NCBI GenBank assembly: GCA_034435435.1
Contig: DAOTXN010000147.1
Location: 1-44,704, forward strand
DNA from: Anaerolineae bacterium
GTDB lineage: Bacteria > Chloroflexota > Anaerolineae > S140-20
Direction: 5' to 3'
Length of the DNA: 44,704 nt
The notes beneath the pieces are model-generated. The model saw only the letters and a list, made by a program, of their open reading frames with translations. It searched no databases and was not told the DNA's origin. Positions 44,281 to 44,704 of this stretch are shown here, piece by piece (the stretch's first letter is position 1; each line of letters begins with the position of its first letter). A program made the translations under genes and the position numbers.

Positions 44281-44559
44281 ATGTTTGTCGTTGTCGCCTA
44301 TGACATCGCCGACAACAAGCGGCGGGTGCGGGTGATGAAGGCGCTGCAGGGCTTTGGCGAGCACGTGCAGGAGAGCGTGTTCGAGTGCCACGTGGATGAC
44401 GCCGTCTATCGCAAGATGGTGCGGCGGCTCAAGGAACTGGTCAACCAGGGGGAAGATAACGTGCGCTTGTATCATCTGTGCCAGACGGACGTGGCGCGCA
44501 TCCAGCAGTTGGGCGTGGGCCGGGCGGCGCAGATGTTGACCGAATTCGCCATTGTGTAG
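44281..44559 (+). CDS. cas2: Cas2, 92 aa
   Basis: MFVVVAYDIADNKRRVRVMKALQGFGEHVQESVFECHVDD...NVRLYHL is the canonical Cas2 N-terminus with the catalytic Asp (YDI). RBS GGAGGAAGGGCCATG. Confidence 0.8.
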   Translation: MFVVVAYDIADNKRRVRVMKALQGFGEHVQESVFECHVDDAVYRKMVRRLKELVNQGEDNVRLYHLCQTDVARIQQLGVGRAAQMLTEFAIV

Positions 44560-44704
44560 AGGATATTGGATATGTAACTGCTCACCCTGGTAGCTCTTTG
44601 GACAAGATTTACAGGATTTACAGGATTTTTCCACGAATTCCATCCTGTGAATCTTGTGAATCCTGTCGAATGGCTTTGGGTTTGCCGCTTTTACGCATTT
44701 GGGC
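44560..44704 (+). promoter_or_regulatory. Leader-like, AT-richer sequence downstream of cas2 with short direct/inverted repeats. A CRISPR array may begin beyond the window end.
   Basis: ATTTACAGG x2 and CCTGTGAAT-like x3 (ACAGGATTT / AATCCTGT inverted relationship) seen in the sequence. No repeat-spacer periodicity within the 145 bp available. Confidence 0.3.

Overview
GC-rich (~60-65%) bacterial chromosome window. The very large multi-domain sensor kinases (S1/REC/GAF/PAS/HK) suggest a Chloroflexota-like genome. The window is a dense accessory/defence island with six blocks. (1) An IS630-family transposase sits next to a PglZ-domain protein plus a BrxL-like AAA ATPase pair (1-4.7 kb). (2) A two-component signalling supercluster with five REC-containing proteins and unusual domain fusions (4.8-14.7 kb). 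(3) An SPFH protein, an unknown 399-aa protein, and an intact tyrosine integrase beside an integrase remnant (15-19 kb). (4) An XRE regulator, an NYN nuclease-like protein, and a prokaryotic ubiquitin-like conjugation operon with Ubl, E2 and a JAB-E1 fusion (19.5-23.1 kb). (5) A long minus-strand operon carrying a type III (III-D-like) CRISPR-Cas effector complex. It encodes Cas6, a CARF effector, an HD-less Cas10 with a GGDD cyclase motif, several Cas7 RAMPs including a double Cas7, and a Cas7 with a C-terminal cold-shock domain. It continues through an inserted HEPN/MNT pair, an RQC-like winged-helix protein and a membrane-anchored CARF protein (Cam1-like) (23.2-36.7 kb). (6) A plus-strand block with RelE/ParE and DUF433 toxin-antitoxin components, a TPR-NYN protein, and a cold-shock-domain protein - RNase H - reverse transcriptase - Cas1 - Cas2 adaptation operon (37-44.6 kb). 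No CRISPR array lies inside the window; the array presumably follows the leader-like sequence after cas2. The most unusual observations are the stand-alone RNase H coupled to RT-Cas1, the cold-shock-domain module recurring in three different proteins including a Cas7 fusion, and an imperfect ~125-bp duplication flanking the HEPN/MNT insertion.
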